From an uncultured Eubacteriales bacterium (GTDB lineage: Bacteria > Bacillota_I > Bacilli_A > RF39 > UBA660): 64,000 bases of DNA. Of this stretch, positions 48,790-59,901 are shown piece by piece. The stretch spans positions 70,928 through 134,927 of the forward strand of contig CAJMAC010000001.1 of the NCBI GenBank assembly GCA_905211265.1, given 5' to 3'. The notes below the pieces were generated by a model. The model did not search any database and was not told the origin of the DNA. It was given only the letters and a program-made list of their open reading frames with translations. Both the position numbers and the translations under genes were made by a program. Positions within the stretch are counted from its first letter, which is position 1, and each line of letters begins with the position of its first letter.

Positions 48790-49101
48790 TTAGTCAATCT
48801 TTTGATTAGATTTTTTTGATATTCTAATTTTTTTACCTTTTTCATCTCTCTCGATTTTAACTCTAGTTGGTTTTTTAGTTTTTGGATCTAATAACATAAC
48901 ATTAGATGCATGAATAGGTGCTTCAACTTCAACAATTTCACCTGTTCCACCATTGTTTTTAGGCTTTAAGTGTTTTTTTCTTAAATTAACACCATTAACA
49001 ACTACTCTATTTTCTTCTCTTAAAACCTTAGCAATTGTACCTTCTTTACCTTTATTTGATCCAGAAATAACTACAACTTTATCACCTGTTTTTAGTTTCA
49101 T
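48790..49101 (-). CDS. rplX: 50S ribosomal protein L24
   Basis: Begins [23 protein letters not shown] (KOW motif). Confidence 0.95.
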   Translation of the reverse strand: MKLKTGDKVVVISGSNKGKEGTIAKVLREENRVVVNGVNLRKKHLKPKNNGGTGEIVEVEAPIHASNVMLLDPKTKKPTRVKIERDEKGKKIRISKKSNQKID

Positions 49102-49128
49102 GATATTTCCTCCTTATTAGTTATAGGA

Positions 49129-49497
49129 TTATAGCACATCTTTAGCTAAACTTACTATCTTAGTAAAATCTTTATCCCTAAGTTCACGTGCTACTGGTCC
49201 CAAAACACGAGTTCCTACTGGGCTCTTATCATCTTTGATAATTACACATGCATTATCATCGAATTTGATATAGCTTCCGTCTTCTCTTCTTACACCAAAC
49301 TTACTTCTAACGATTACGGCTTTTACAACCTTACCTTTTTTAATATTACCATTAGGAGTAGCTTTTTTTACTGTACCAACAACTATATCTCCAATATTTC
49401 CCGTTTTAACTTTGCTTCCACCAAGAACTCTAATTACTAATAATTCACGAGCTCCACAGTTATCTGCTACTTTTAATATACTTTCTTGTTGTACCAT
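49129..49497 (-). CDS. rplN: 50S ribosomal protein L14
   Basis: Begins [28 protein letters not shown]. Confidence 0.95.
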   Translation of the reverse strand: MVQQESILKVADNCGARELLVIRVLGGSKVKTGNIGDIVVGTVKKATPNGNIKKGKVVKAVIVRSKFGVRREDGSYIKFDDNACVIIKDDKSPVGTRVLGPVARELRDKDFTKIVSLAKDVL

Positions 49498-49521
49498 TTT
49501 TATTTCCTCCTTCCAACTAAA

Positions 49522-49785
49522 TTATAGAACTACAGCTTTTTCAATTACTTCTTTTAGTTCATATCTTTTAGTTTTAGATAATGGTCTAGTCGCAACTAAA
49601 CGAACTTTGTCACCAATTTTAGCAACATTTTCTTCGTCATGAGCTGTATATTTCTTAGAATATTTAATTCTTTTTCCATATTTTGGGTCTTTTTTGTAAG
49701 TTTCAACTTTAACTGTAATAGTTTTATTAGCTTTATCACTCACAACAACTCCAACTAATTCACGTTTTAATTGTTCATTATTCAT
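49522..49785 (-). CDS. rpsQ: 30S ribosomal protein S17
   Basis: Has [20 protein letters not shown]...[15 protein letters not shown]. Confidence 0.95.
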   Translation of the reverse strand: MNNEQLKRELVGVVVSDKANKTITVKVETYKKDPKYGKRIKYSKKYTAHDEENVAKIGDKVRLVATRPLSKTKRYELKEVIEKAVVL

Positions 49786-49802
49786 AAGGACATTTCCTCC
49801 TT

Positions 49803-49997
49803 TTAACCTTGTATTTCTCTTTCTCTAAGAATAGTTTTTAATCTTGCAACTAACTTTCTTAATTCCTTAATTCTTGAAGGATTTTCCAAAGTTCCAGTTG
49901 CTTGTTTCATACGAAGATTAAATAATTCTTCCTTAGATTCATCAATTTTTTTATTGATTTCTTCAGTGGTTAACTTTCTAATTTCACTATTTTTCAT
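49803..49997 (-). CDS. rpmC: 50S ribosomal protein L29
   Basis: Begins [34 protein letters not shown] precedes the ATG at 49997. The ORF-track start is a GTG inside the SD. Confidence 0.9.
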   Translation of the reverse strand: MKNSEIRKLTTEEINKKIDESKEELFNLRMKQATGTLENPSRIKELRKLVARLKTILREREIQG

Positions 49998-50418
49998 TAA
50001 CTTCACCACTTTCTTCTTTCTTTACAAATTTACATTTGATTGGTAACTTATGAGATGCTAGTCTTAAAGCTTCTCTTGCAGTAGCTTCATCTACTTCACC
50101 AATTTCAAACATAATTTTTCCTTCTTTTACTACGGCTACCCAAACTTCTGGATTTCCTTTACCTTTACCTTGTCTAGTTTCCAAAGGTTTTTTAGTTAGT
50201 GATAAATCTGGGAATATATTAATCCATACTCTACCACCACGTTTCATATATCTTGTCATTGCAATACGAGCAGCTTCAATTTGTTGTGCAGTTATCCAAG
50301 CACCTTCTTTAGCCATTAAACCATATTCACCAAAATGAAGTTCTGTATTACCTTTTGATTTTCCTTCATATCTTCTACGGAAAGTCTTTCTATGCTTTGT
50401 TCTTTTTGGCATTAACAT
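49987..50418 (-). CDS. rplP: 50S ribosomal protein L16
   Basis: Begins [20 protein letters not shown] lies 8 nt upstream of the ATG. Confidence 0.95.
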   Translation of the reverse strand: MLMPKRTKHRKTFRRRYEGKSKGNTELHFGEYGLMAKEGAWITAQQIEAARIAMTRYMKRGGRVWINIFPDLSLTKKPLETRQGKGKGNPEVWVAVVKEGKIMFEIGEVDEATAREALRLASHKLPIKCKFVKKEESGEVNEK

Positions 50419-51064
50419 TAGAATTACCTCCCTTTTTGTCTTCTAGTATTTCACCTTTATAGATCCATACTTTTACACCTATTTTACCATAAGTTGTATC
50501 TGCTTCAGAAGTAGCATAATCAATATCTGCTCTTAAAGTATGTAGTGGAATAGTTCCTTCAGAATATCCTTCACCACGAGCGATATCTGCTCCTCCTAAT
50601 CTTCCTGATACTAATGTCTTAATTCCCTTAGCACCAGCTTTCATTGTATTTCTAATAGCTTTCTTTTGTGCTACTCTAAATGAAACACGATTTTCTATGT
50701 TATGGGCAATATTATCTGCAACTAATTGTGCAACTAAATCTGGGTTTTTAACTTCAACAACTGAAATTTGTACTTCTTCATTTACTAGTTTAGAAACTTC
50801 TTTCTTAACTTTTTCAATTTCAACACCGCTTTGTCCAATAATTAATCCTGGTTTTGATGCATGAATAAATACTTCACATCTTTTTTCATTTCTTTCAATA
50901 ACTATTTGAGAAATACCAGCAAGTTTAAATTTCTTAAATAAATATTTTCTTATTTTAACATCATTATTTAAGTATTTAGCAAAATCTTTCTCAGAATACC
51001 ATTTACTTTCCCAGTCTTTATTAATACCTATTCTAAGTCCCACTGGACTAACTTTTTGTCCCAT
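50390..51064 (-). CDS. rpsC: 30S ribosomal protein S3
   Basis: Begins [26 protein letters not shown] lies 8 nt before the ATG at 51064. Confidence 0.95.
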   Translation of the reverse strand: MGQKVSPVGLRIGINKDWESKWYSEKDFAKYLNNDVKIRKYLFKKFKLAGISQIVIERNEKRCEVFIHASKPGLIIGQSGVEIEKVKKEVSKLVNEEVQISVVEVKNPDLVAQLVADNIAHNIENRVSFRVAQKKAIRNTMKAGAKGIKTLVSGRLGGADIARGEGYSEGTIPLHTLRADIDYATSEADTTYGKIGVKVWIYKGEILEDKKGGNSNVNAKKNKA

Positions 51065-51078
51065 TAACATTCCCTCCT

Positions 51079-51426
51079 TTACTTATTTTTCTCACTTACA
51101 ATAACTGTAATGTGACTAGTTTTATGATCATTTCTTCCAACATGTCCCCTTGAATCCATTTTAGGTCTTTTTATTACAAGTCCTTCATCAACATAACATG
51201 CCTTAACGAAAAGATTTTCTTCTTTTAAATTAAAATTATTAACTGCATTACTAGTAGCAGACATTAATACTTTTTCGATAACTCTTGCAGCTTTTTGTGG
51301 TTGATTACTTAAAATTGCAAATGCTTGAGCTACATCTTTACCTCTAATTAAATCAATAATTAGACGAGTTTTTCTTGGAGCTATACGTACTGTCTTTGCT
51401 ACTGCCTTAGCTTCAGTTCTTTCCAT
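51079..51426 (-). CDS. rplV: 50S ribosomal protein L22
   Basis: Has [23 protein letters not shown]. Confidence 0.95.
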   Translation of the reverse strand: MERTEAKAVAKTVRIAPRKTRLIIDLIRGKDVAQAFAILSNQPQKAARVIEKVLMSATSNAVNNFNLKEENLFVKACYVDEGLVIKRPKMDSRGHVGRNDHKTSHITVIVSEKNK

Positions 51427-51447
51427 TATAATCCTCCTTATAAGTTA

Positions 51448-51717
51448 TTACTTAGCTTTATCTGCGCCGTGTCCACCAAATTTACGAGTTGGTGCAAATT
51501 CACCTAATTTATGACCTACCATATCTTCAGTTACATAAACAGGAATAAATTCTTTACCATTATGTACCGCAAAAGTGTGACCAATAAAATCAGGATAAAT
51601 AGTTGAACGACGAGACCAAGTTTTTATAACTTCTTTTTTTCCAGATTCATTTAATAATTGTACCTTTTTAAGTAATCTTTCAAATACATAAGGTCCTTTT
51701 TTTAAACTTCTTGCCAT
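51448..51717 (-). CDS. rpsS: 30S ribosomal protein S19
   Basis: Begins [11 protein letters not shown] and contains [27 protein letters not shown]. Confidence 0.95.
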   Translation of the reverse strand: MARSLKKGPYVFERLLKKVQLLNESGKKEVIKTWSRRSTIYPDFIGHTFAVHNGKEFIPVYVTEDMVGHKLGEFAPTRKFGGHGADKAK

Positions 51718-51738
51718 TTTATTTTCATCCTTTCTTTA

Positions 51739-52569
51739 TTATTTAGTACGACGACTAACAATATATTTATTAGATTGTTTATTATTTTTTCTAGTTTTAT
51801 ATCCAAGAGCTGGTTTACCCCATGGAGTCATTGGTCCACTTCTACCAATTGGAGCACGTCCTTCACCACCACCATGAGGGTGATCATTAGGGTTCATAAC
51901 AGAACCACGAACTGTAGGTCTAATACCCATATATCTAGTTCTACCTGCTTTACCAATTTTAACTAAACTATAGTCTTCATTTCCAACTACACCGATTGTA
52001 GCACGACATGTACCAAGTATTTTTCTAGTTTCTCCACTAGATAATCTAATTAAAACATATTTATCTTCACGACCTAATATTTGTGCTGAACTTCCTGCAC
52101 CTCTTGCAAGTTGTCCTCCTTTACCAGGTCTAAGTTCAATATTGTGAATTACAGTACCTACAGGAATATTAGCTATTTCCATAGTATTACCAACTTTAAC
52201 ATCAGTCTTTACTCCACTTTCAACAATATCTCCTACTTTTAATCCCTTAGGAGCAATAATATATGATTTAACACCATCTTTATAAGTAATTAAAGCAATA
52301 TTAGCACTTCTATTTGGATCATATTCAATAGCACTTACCATAGCAGTAATGCCATCTTTATTTCTCTTGAAATCAACCAAACGATATTTTCTTTTAACAC
52401 CGCCACCACGATGTCTAACAGTAATTTTACCTTGGTTATTACGACCATTAGTTTTTTTCTTAGTTACTATTAAACTTTTCTCAGGAGTTGTTTTGGTAAT
52501 TTCTTCACTTGTTAAGACACTTCTTTGTCTTGTACCATTTGTCATTGGTTTATATACTCTTATTGCCAT
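51739..52569 (-). CDS. rplB: 50S ribosomal protein L2
   Basis: Begins [15 protein letters not shown] and contains [14 protein letters not shown]. Confidence 0.95.
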   Translation of the reverse strand: MAIRVYKPMTNGTRQRSVLTSEEITKTTPEKSLIVTKKKTNGRNNQGKITVRHRGGGVKRKYRLVDFKRNKDGITAMVSAIEYDPNRSANIALITYKDGVKSYIIAPKGLKVGDIVESGVKTDVKVGNTMEIANIPVGTVIHNIELRPGKGGQLARGAGSSAQILGREDKYVLIRLSSGETRKILGTCRATIGVVGNEDYSLVKIGKAGRTRYMGIRPTVRGSVMNPNDHPHGGGEGRAPIGRSGPMTPWGKPALGYKTRKNNKQSNKYIVSRRTK

Positions 52570-52587
52570 TGTCTTTTCCTCCTTTTA

Positions 52588-52866
52588 TTAGTCGAAACTA
52601 ATAGTACTTCCTTTTGCTAATTTTACAATAGCTTTCTTATATTTGTTAGTCATACCAGTATATTTTCCAACTCTTTTCTTTTTAGGATGAGAGTTCGAAG
52701 TATTAACACTTAGTACCTTAACATTAAATATTTTTTCTATTGCTTGTTTTATTTGTACTTTATTTGCTTTTGTATCAACTTTGAATACATACTTTCCTTC
52801 TTGTTCAAGTAAAGCACTCTTTTCAGTGATAACAGGTGCAATGATTATATCTCTATAACTATTCAT
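52588..52866 (-). CDS. rplW: 50S ribosomal protein L23
   Basis: Has [10 protein letters not shown]...[26 protein letters not shown]. Confidence 0.95.
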   Translation of the reverse strand: MNSYRDIIIAPVITEKSALLEQEGKYVFKVDTKANKVQIKQAIEKIFNVKVLSVNTSNSHPKKKRVGKYTGMTNKYKKAIVKLAKGSTISFD

Positions 52867-53491
52867 TTCTTAGCACCTCCTCTAATTTATTTAATGCTTC
52901 AACTGTAATTAACATATTATCAGCACTAACTACATCAAATGTATTTAATTCTTCAACTGTAGAAATTTTAACATTTCCTAAATTTCTTGAAGCAAGACAT
53001 ACATTCTCATTTAATTCAGTAACTACTATTAAAACTTTTTTATTAGTTAAGTTTAATTTATTTAAAACTTCAACCATAGATTTAGTTTTATTATTTTCTA
53101 GTTCTAAATTTTCAATAACAATAATTTCTTTATCTAAGTTTTTATAACTTAAAGCAGAAAGTAATGCTAATCTTCTTTCTTTTCTATTTTGTTTTTTAGA
53201 ATAATCTCTTGGTTTTGGTCCAAATGCTATTCCACCACCTGGCCATTGAACTGCTCTTATACTTCCTTGACGAGCATTTCCTGTACCTTTTTGTCTCCAT
53301 GGTTTTCTTCCACCACCAGAAACTTCACTTCTTGTTTTAGTTGAATGAGTACCTTGTCTCATTCCTGCTTGTGCTTTAATGATTGCATTGTGTAATACAG
53401 CATCATTAGGTTCTATTCCAAATATGTTATCTTCTAATTTAATGTCCTTAACTTTTTCACCATTTAAGTTTACTATTTCTAATTTAGACAT
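52859..53491 (-). CDS. rplD: 50S ribosomal protein L4
   Basis: Has [31 protein letters not shown]. Confidence 0.95.
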   Translation of the reverse strand: MSKLEIVNLNGEKVKDIKLEDNIFGIEPNDAVLHNAIIKAQAGMRQGTHSTKTRSEVSGGGRKPWRQKGTGNARQGSIRAVQWPGGGIAFGPKPRDYSKKQNRKERRLALLSALSYKNLDKEIIVIENLELENNKTKSMVEVLNKLNLTNKKVLIVVTELNENVCLASRNLGNVKISTVEELNTFDVVSADNMLITVEALNKLEEVLRNE

Positions 53492-53502
53492 AATATCCTC
53501 CT

Positions 53503-54234
53503 TTACTCACTAACTGGAGTTTCTTCTTCATTAGCCTCAACAACTTCTACTACTTCTTCAGGTTCTTCAATTACATAAGTAATTAAATCTTGTTTTTCAT
53601 TAACAGTACCTTCATGCTTAACAGAAGCCTTAATTAACACTAATGATTTTTTTGGTCCTGGAACATTTCCTTTTACTAAGATAACATTATTCTCTAAATC
53701 AATTTGCACAATTTCCAAGTTTTGAACAGTTACTTGTTCTCCACCCATATGACCTGGCATTTTCTTACCTGGGATTACACGCATTGGAAGTAATGTACCC
53801 ATAGAACCAACACCTCTGTGATATTGGCTACCATGTCCCATTGGTCCACGAGATTGGTTATGACGTTTAATAACACCTTGGAAACCTTTTCCCTTAGAAG
53901 TGCCAGTTACATCAACCATTTCTCCTTCTTCAAATAAATCAGCCTTAATAACTTGACCAAGACTATAATCACTAACATTAACACCTCTAATTTCTTTTAA
54001 GAAGCGCTTAGGTGTAGTGTTAGCTTTTTTTAGATGACCTATTTCAGGTTTGTTTGCTAATTTTTCTCTTTTTTCAACAGCAGCAAGTTGTATAGCATCA
54101 TATCCATCAGTTGCAACAGTCTTAATTTGACTAACAACATTTGGTTCAACTTCAATAACTGTTACTGGAGTTAATTTACCATTCTTAGCAAAAACTTGAG
54201 TCATCCCAATCTTACGACCTAAGATTCCTTTCAT
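53503..54234 (-). CDS. rplC: 50S ribosomal protein L3 with acidic C-terminal extension
   Basis: Begins [15 protein letters not shown] and contains FQGVIKRHN. The tail reads [21 protein letters not shown]. Confidence 0.95.
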   Translation of the reverse strand: MKGILGRKIGMTQVFAKNGKLTPVTVIEVEPNVVSQIKTVATDGYDAIQLAAVEKREKLANKPEIGHLKKANTTPKRFLKEIRGVNVSDYSLGQVIKADLFEEGEMVDVTGTSKGKGFQGVIKRHNQSRGPMGHGSQYHRGVGSMGTLLPMRVIPGKKMPGHMGGEQVTVQNLEIVQIDLENNVILVKGNVPGPKKSLVLIKASVKHEGTVNEKQDLITYVIEEPEEVVEVVEANEEETPVSE

Positions 54235-54248
54235 TTCTCTTTTTCCTC

Positions 54249-54557
54249 CTATAATTTGATTTGTATATCAACACCACTTGGTAAATCTAAATGTTGAAGT
54301 GCTTCAACAGTTTCTTTACTAGGGTTGTTGATGTCAATTAATCTTTTGTGTGTACGCATTTCAAATTGTTCTCTTGAATCTTTGTATTTGTGTACAGCTC
54401 TTAAAATTGTATACTTTTGGATTTCAGTAGGTAATGGAACTGGTCCACTAACTTCTCCACCTGTTCTCTTAACAGTAGCAACAATTTTAGCACATGCATT
54501 ATCAAGTATTTTATGATCATATGCTTTCAATTTGATTCTTACTTTAGTATTTGACAT
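54249..54557 (-). CDS. rpsJ: 30S ribosomal protein S10
   Basis: Has [14 protein letters not shown]...SGPVPLPT...HKRLIDI. It is the first gene of the cluster. Confidence 0.95.
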   Translation of the reverse strand: MSNTKVRIKLKAYDHKILDNACAKIVATVKRTGGEVSGPVPLPTEIQKYTILRAVHKYKDSREQFEMRTHKRLIDINNPSKETVEALQHLDLPSGVDIQIKL

Positions 54558-54683
54558 CTTGTATCCTCCCTTCGCCTATATCTATGTATAGACTTGCTCC
54601 GAGCAAATTACCTGATAACCTTGTTTTGTTTTAACAACTTAACCTGGTGTATCAGCAACTTTGCACATCTAAGCCAGTCACAC
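54558..54683 (-). promoter_or_regulatory. Structured 5' leader of the S10 operon (candidate r-protein autoregulatory RNA)
   Basis: A leader of about 125 nt lies between the promoter and the SD (GGGAGGA). It is clearly richer in G+C than other intergenic DNA here. It contains complementary segments such as CTGATA/TATCAG, CTGG/CCAG and TTGCTC/GAGCAA. Confidence 0.45.
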
Positions 54684-54690
54684 TTTTACA

Positions 54691-54719
54691 ATTATACTAA
54701 ATAATTATATGAAAATCAA
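54691..54719 (-). promoter_or_regulatory. Sigma-A type promoter of the S10 operon
   Basis: On the minus strand: TTGATT (54714-54719), 17 nt spacer, TATAAT (54691-54696). Confidence 0.7.
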
Positions 54720-54915
54720 GTGTTTTTTGAACTTTTTTATAAAAAAATCATATTTTCTAACTACTTTTAAAAAATATAATTAAATATAAGAAAATAGCAC
54801 CTAACCTATTTAATAGATTAAGTACTATTTATATATACTAATTAAAATATATTTAGGTAAGGTACAAATAAAATTATTATTATTTTTAATAATTTCTTAT
54901 ATTTTTACAAGTAAA

Positions 54916-54944
54916 TTAACAAAAGAATAATTTTATGCTATAAT
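54916..54944 (+). promoter_or_regulatory. Promoter of the M14/VanY peptidase pair
   Basis: TTAACA (54916-54921), 17 nt spacer, TATAAT (54939-54944), with an upstream TGc (extended -10). The SD AAGGAAAGGA precedes the ATG at 54969. Confidence 0.65.
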
Positions 54945-54968
54945 GATTTAAGGAAAGGATGAATTTAT

Positions 54969-56147
54969 ATGACTAAAATACTTGACTATGAACAAATGAA
55001 TGAAATACTAAATAATTTAGATACAAATATAATAAAAAAAGAAGAGCCAATTGGTTATACAACTTTCAACTACCCTATTAATCATTATACATATGGAAAT
55101 GGACCTTATCATGTAATATTAATCGCTGGAACTCATGCCTCAGAACTTATAAGTAATGTGTTTTTAATTAATTTTATGAAGGAATTATCAAATGGAAAAA
55201 TTAATATTGATAAAAATGAATATACAATACATTTTATCCCAATAGTCAATCCAGAAGGAACAATAATAGTAACAAGTGCAATTAGAAATATCATAAAAAA
55301 TACAGATGATGAATCAAAAGAACAATTAGCCTGTATGACATATTACTTTAATTCAAAATTAGAAGATGATTACGCCGAAAAATATAATGATAAAAGTATT
55401 AAGCTACATCAACATATGTTTAGATATGCAACTCCAGATATAATAGATGATAAACACAAAGAATTAAAAGAGCATATAAAATACTTGATAAATAAATATA
55501 ATATTCCCGACGGTTCGTTAATTAATTGGAGCAGTAATGGTAATGGAATAGATTTAAATGCCAATATTGAATTTGGAGAATATCTAGATAAGATTAATAA
55601 CGCTAAAAAAAATAATCAAACATTATATAATTCTTCAATAACAAGATTAAATACCATCAGTTGCACTACACCTGGTCCATTAGGATGTCCAACAATAGAT
55701 TTTCCATTTAAAGAAGAACCTGAAAATACTGCATTATGGAATTTATATAACAATATTAAAAATAATTATAAATTAATTGGAGGAATAATATATCATAGTT
55801 GTGGTAATGTTATTTATTATTTAGATGAAATGAAAGAATATAACCCATGGAATAAATTATTTAGCATAGATGATATAGCATACAATAAAGAAGTTGCTAA
55901 AAAATATGCTGAAATAACTAATTATAAGTTAGGAACACCAAATACATATACTACAATGGATGCTAAAATAAAATCAATTGTACCAGGTACTTTATTAGTA
56001 GAACTTGGAGGTATTAGATCTACACCACTTTCGCAGTTTATTGACTATTACCCTAAAAGCTTTTATACTGAAACAATAGAATTAAATACAAAAGCAATAC
56101 CAATAGTTATTGAAGAAATGAAAAAGCAATATATAAGGAGAAAATAA
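54969..56147 (+). CDS. M14-family zinc carboxypeptidase (gamma-D-glutamyl-meso-DAP peptidase-like)
   Basis: Has an HxxE zinc motif in LIAGTHASELISN and family-like NPEG (IVNPEGT). No signal peptide is present. Confidence 0.7.
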   Translation: MTKILDYEQMNEILNNLDTNIIKKEEPIGYTTFNYPINHYTYGNGPYHVILIAGTHASELISNVFLINFMKELSNGKINIDKNEYTIHFIPIVNPEGTIIVTSAIRNIIKNTDDESKEQLACMTYYFNSKLEDDYAEKYNDKSIKLHQHMFRYATPDIIDDKHKELKEHIKYLINKYNIPDGSLINWSSNGNGIDLNANIEFGEYLDKINNAKKNNQTLYNSSITRLNTISCTTPGPLGCPTIDFPFKEEPENTALWNLYNNIKNNYKLIGGIIYHSCGNVIYYLDEMKEYNPWNKLFSIDDIAYNKEVAKKYAEITNYKLGTPNTYTTMDAKIKSIVPGTLLVELGGIRSTPLSQFIDYYPKSFYTETIELNTKAIPIVIEEMKKQYIRRK

Positions 56148-56148
56148 T

Positions 56149-56727
56149 ATGAATTATGAAGTAATTGTAAACAAAGAAAATCCTATTAATGATTATGATA
56201 TTCCAACAAACTTAACCGAAATTGGAATGGATAGTGCTAAAATAATAGAAAGAAAAACATTTTTAGAAAATAAAACTGCAATTAATTTTAATAAAATGGT
56301 CAAAGAATGTAATAAACATTTTAAAAATAAAATAATTCCAAACTCAGGTTTTAGAACAATTAAAGAACAACAAGAAATATTAGATTTTTATCTTGACCCA
56401 AATCAAAGAGGATTAGATGCTTATAACTCAGTTGCTTTACCCAAAACATCAGAACATCATACAGGCTTAGCAATAGATGTTGCAATGATTAAAAATGGTG
56501 TATATACTGATGATTTAGAAGATACCGAAGAAGAAATAAAATGGTTACATAATAATTGTTACAAATATGGTTTTATTCTAAGATACCCAAAGGGAAAAGA
56601 AAACATAACGGGATATAGCTATGAACCATGGCATTTTAGATATGTTGGAGATATTGCAGAATACTTAACAAAAAATAATTTAACATTAGAAGAATACCAA
56701 GAAATGAAAAAGCATAAACATAAATAA
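56149..56727 (+). CDS. VanY-type (M15B) D-alanyl-D-alanine carboxypeptidase
   Basis: Has SGFRTIKEQQ, SEHHTGLAIDV and EPWHFRYVG motifs. The start lies 2 nt after the M14 gene stop. Confidence 0.85.
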   Translation: MNYEVIVNKENPINDYDIPTNLTEIGMDSAKIIERKTFLENKTAINFNKMVKECNKHFKNKIIPNSGFRTIKEQQEILDFYLDPNQRGLDAYNSVALPKTSEHHTGLAIDVAMIKNGVYTDDLEDTEEEIKWLHNNCYKYGFILRYPKGKENITGYSYEPWHFRYVGDIAEYLTKNNLTLEEYQEMKKHKHK

Positions 56728-56765
56728 AAAATCAATATTTAGATTAATTTCTATCTATTGATTTT
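56728..56765. terminator. Bidirectional terminator between the VanY-like gene (+) and truA (-)
   Basis: A 10-bp stem, AAAATCAATA (56728-56737) / TATTGATTTT (56756-56765), has an additional inner 4-bp helix. T-runs flank it on both strands. Confidence 0.65.
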
Positions 56766-56780
56766 TATTATTTTTTAATA

Positions 56781-57521
56781 TTAATAAAACACATTCTTTA
56801 AATATAACCCTTCAGGATTAGCAGTCTTACCTGCTTTAGTTCTATCTTCTTCATTTAAGATAGTTATAATTTCTTCACTTTTTCTTTTACCTTCACCTAT
56901 TTCAATTAGAGTACCTACAATATTTCTTACCATATATCTTAAGAATCCTGTACCTACAAAGGATAAAGTAATTTTATTTAAATCTTTACTATCTCTAATT
57001 AAAATAGTTTGAGATATTGTTCTAATATAATCATTTTTTTCTTCATCTGTTTTAGTAAAAGATTTAAAATTATGTGTTCCTTCAATATATTTCATTGCTC
57101 GTTCCATTTCTACTACATCTAATTTCTTATTATATTGATATACATAATTTCTTTCTAATGGATTATATTCCCCCATATTAATTATATATATATATTCTTT
57201 ACCTAAAGCATTAAATCTAGCATGAAAGTCTTCATTTACATTTTCTATTTTTTTTACATAGATATCTTCCGGTAAAAGACTATTAATACCTTTCATTAAT
57301 TTATCAATTGGAATATTAGTATCCATATCAAAATGAGCTTTCTGATTAATTGCATGTACCTTAGCATCAGTCCTTCCAGTTGCATGAACTTCAACTTTTT
57401 TATTATCATTAATTTGTTTTAATACTTTTTCAAGTTCCCCTTGTACAGTTCTTTCTTTTACTTGTTTTTGATAGCCACTAAAATTAGTACCATCATAAGA
57501 TAAAGTCATTAAATATCTCAT
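56781..57521 (-). CDS. truA: tRNA pseudouridine(38-40) synthase
   Basis: Has YDGTNFSGYQKQ and the catalytic GRTDAKVHA. Confidence 0.95.
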   Translation of the reverse strand: MRYLMTLSYDGTNFSGYQKQVKERTVQGELEKVLKQINDNKKVEVHATGRTDAKVHAINQKAHFDMDTNIPIDKLMKGINSLLPEDIYVKKIENVNEDFHARFNALGKEYIYIINMGEYNPLERNYVYQYNKKLDVVEMERAMKYIEGTHNFKSFTKTDEEKNDYIRTISQTILIRDSKDLNKITLSFVGTGFLRYMVRNIVGTLIEIGEGKRKSEEIITILNEEDRTKAGKTANPEGLYLKNVFY

Positions 57522-57524
57522 AAA

Positions 57525-58262
57525 CTACCTCCATAAACAAAGAATTAAAATAATTATATTTATGCTAAGAAGAAAAGTATCAATGTATTTCCATTTATTT
57601 AATCTATAATTAGTTCTACTAATACCATAATTATATAACCTAACTTCCATAATATCTGATAATTCATCTGCTTTTTTTAAAGATAAATATATCATAGGTA
57701 TAAATATATTAGATAAAGAAATAATCTTTGTTTTTAAATTTTTGTCAAAATCTACCCCTCTTAATCCTTGTGCTTTTATTATTCTTTCAGCCTGCATAGT
57801 TAGAATTGGTATAAATCTTAAAGCAAGTGTAATAGTAAGTGCAATATCATTTATAGGAAGAATTTTATTAAAAATAGATAAAACTCTTTCTAATCCATAA
57901 GTAATTTCCATTGGTGCAGTAGTTAATGTAAGAATAGCACTTATTAATACTAAATAAACAATTCTAAGTATCATAAATATTGTATTAACTATACCTACTC
58001 CAAATATTAAATTAATTATAATTATAAATATAATAAATACTCTTAAAGTATAAATATTTTTTAAATATATTTTAATATCTATCTTACTAAGTAACATAAT
58101 AATAACTAAATATATAAGTATTATACTAAAATCTATAAAACTATTACTAATAACTACAGATACAATCATTATAAATAAACATATTATTTTAAAAATAGGA
58201 TTTAATTTATGAATAAGAGAATCTTTTAAATAATAATTACCTATATTATATTTGTTTATCAT
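57525..58262 (-). CDS. ecfT: Energy-coupling factor transporter transmembrane component
   Basis: A polytopic membrane protein that follows the two ECF ATPase genes. Contains the ARG-type coupling helix region LALRFIP...AQGLRG. Confidence 0.85.
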   Translation of the reverse strand: MINKYNIGNYYLKDSLIHKLNPIFKIICLFIMIVSVVISNSFIDFSIILIYLVIIMLLSKIDIKIYLKNIYTLRVFIIFIIIINLIFGVGIVNTIFMILRIVYLVLISAILTLTTAPMEITYGLERVLSIFNKILPINDIALTITLALRFIPILTMQAERIIKAQGLRGVDFDKNLKTKIISLSNIFIPMIYLSLKKADELSDIMEVRLYNYGISRTNYRLNKWKYIDTFLLSINIIILILCLWR

Positions 58263-59067
58263 TTTTTATTTCCTCAACTAATTTATCTATATCCAAAGTC
58301 TTAGTAAATTTCTTATTCTTAATTTTATCACATCTATTTATAAAATTAATTATTGGAGGTACTTCCATACCACTTCTTTTTAATTTATCTATGTTATCTA
58401 ATAATTTATCACTAGTTATATCTAAATTAACTTTGCCTTTCTTTAAAAGTAATATATTACCTTCTAACTTCATAACAAAGTTAATATCATTAGTTATTAT
58501 TATTATAGTTTTATTATATTTTTCTTTTATTTTTTTAATTAACTCTACCAATTCATATATACTTTTATCATCTAAATATATAGTAGGTTCATCTAAAATA
58601 ATTACCTTAGGATTTAAAGATAAAGCAATTGCAATAGCAAGTTTTTCTCTTTCACCACCAGATAATGTAAATGGATTTTGTTCTAAATAACTAAGAGGTA
58701 AACCAACCATTTTTAATGCTAAAGAAACTTGTTTATCTAATTTATCTAATTTAAATTTATTATTTTTTAATCCAAATTCTATTTCTTCTTTTACACTAGT
58801 AGTAAAAAATTCTTCCATTGGTTCTTGAAATACATATCCTACTTGTCTTCTTATATAAGTAAAATCTTTTGTTTCACTATCTATTATATTACCTAAAATA
58901 CTTAAATTACCTTTAGTAGGAAGAACTAAACCAAGCATTAAATAACTAAGTAAAGTTTTACCAGACCCTGATGATCCAATTAAATAAGTAATCTCACCTT
59001 CTTTAAAAGTATAATTAATATCTTTTAATTTATCTAAATAACTAACATTATTAAACTTTATGGCCAT
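58246..59067 (-). CDS. ecfA2: Energy-coupling factor transporter ATPase (second)
   Basis: Has Walker A GSSGSGKT, the signature LSGGEREK, and Walker B IILDEPT. Confidence 0.9.
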   Translation of the reverse strand: MAIKFNNVSYLDKLKDINYTFKEGEITYLIGSSGSGKTLLSYLMLGLVLPTKGNLSILGNIIDSETKDFTYIRRQVGYVFQEPMEEFFTTSVKEEIEFGLKNNKFKLDKLDKQVSLALKMVGLPLSYLEQNPFTLSGGEREKLAIAIALSLNPKVIILDEPTIYLDDKSIYELVELIKKIKEKYNKTIIIITNDINFVMKLEGNILLLKKGKVNLDITSDKLLDNIDKLKRSGMEVPPIINFINRCDKIKNKKFTKTLDIDKLVEEIKNDKQI

Positions 59068-59864
59068 AAATCCTCCATCAAATCAATAGTATTAGTATAT
59101 ATTTTATTTATAATATGTTCATTAATTAGTTTATTAGATAATTTAATAACAAAGGGTAAATCTAATTTCAAAGAATTAATTTTATTACTACTATAAACAT
59201 CTTTAACACTACCATCTAAATATATATTACCATTATTTAATACAACAATTCTATCAGAATATAAAGTATTTTCTAGATTATGAGTAATCATAATAATAGT
59301 AAGATTTCTTTCTTTTTGATATTTTTTTAATATCTCTAACACATCTTTTTTATCAGACGGTGTTAATTGATGCAATGCTTCATCTAGTATTAATATCTTT
59401 GGATTAAAAATAAGACTACTTGCAATAGCAACTCTTTGTTTTTCAGAATTAGTTAGGTTCCTAGGTTCAGAATATAATATATTTTCTAATTTGAATATTT
59501 TTGATACTTCATTAATAGCATTAGTAATATCTTCTTTATCATATTGTAAATTTTCTAAAGAAAAAGCTAAATCATCAATAACAGTTTCACTAACAAAATG
59601 ATTATCAAGATTATCAAATACTACTCCTATTTTTCTTCTTATATCTTTTAAATAAAATGAATTTAAGTTATAACCATCTATATTTATATATCCATCATAT
59701 TTAATTAAACCAGTAAGTATTCTTATTAATGTTGTTTTACCACTCCCATTTGGACCAATAACACTAACAAAACTTCCCTTATTTATTTTTAAATCTAAAT
59801 TACTAAATACTACCTTAGACTTATATCTAAAACATAATTTATCTATTTTAATTATATCTTCCAT
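59058..59864 (-). CDS. ecfA1: Energy-coupling factor transporter ATPase (first)
   Basis: Has Walker A GPNGSGKTT, a degenerate signature LTNSEKQR, and Walker B LILDEA. Confidence 0.9.
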   Translation of the reverse strand: MEDIIKIDKLCFRYKSKVVFSNLDLKINKGSFVSVIGPNGSGKTTLIRILTGLIKYDGYINIDGYNLNSFYLKDIRRKIGVVFDNLDNHFVSETVIDDLAFSLENLQYDKEDITNAINEVSKIFKLENILYSEPRNLTNSEKQRVAIASSLIFNPKILILDEALHQLTPSDKKDVLEILKKYQKERNLTIIMITHNLENTLYSDRIVVLNNGNIYLDGSVKDVYSSNKINSLKLDLPFVIKLSNKLINEHIINKIYTNTIDLMEDLWP

Positions 59865-59901
59865 AAAACCACAACCTAATATTATTATAATAAATAAACA
59901 T

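Noticed and set aside
45649-54516. Plus-strand ORFs of 60-125 aa within the ribosomal protein cluster (for example 46173-46550, 45865-46077, 47382-47621, 52349-52591)
   Set aside because: They lie entirely antisense to highly conserved ribosomal protein genes. They have no SD and encode Pro/Ser/Thr/Leu-rich mirror sequences typical of the complement of Lys/Gly/Arg-rich genes.
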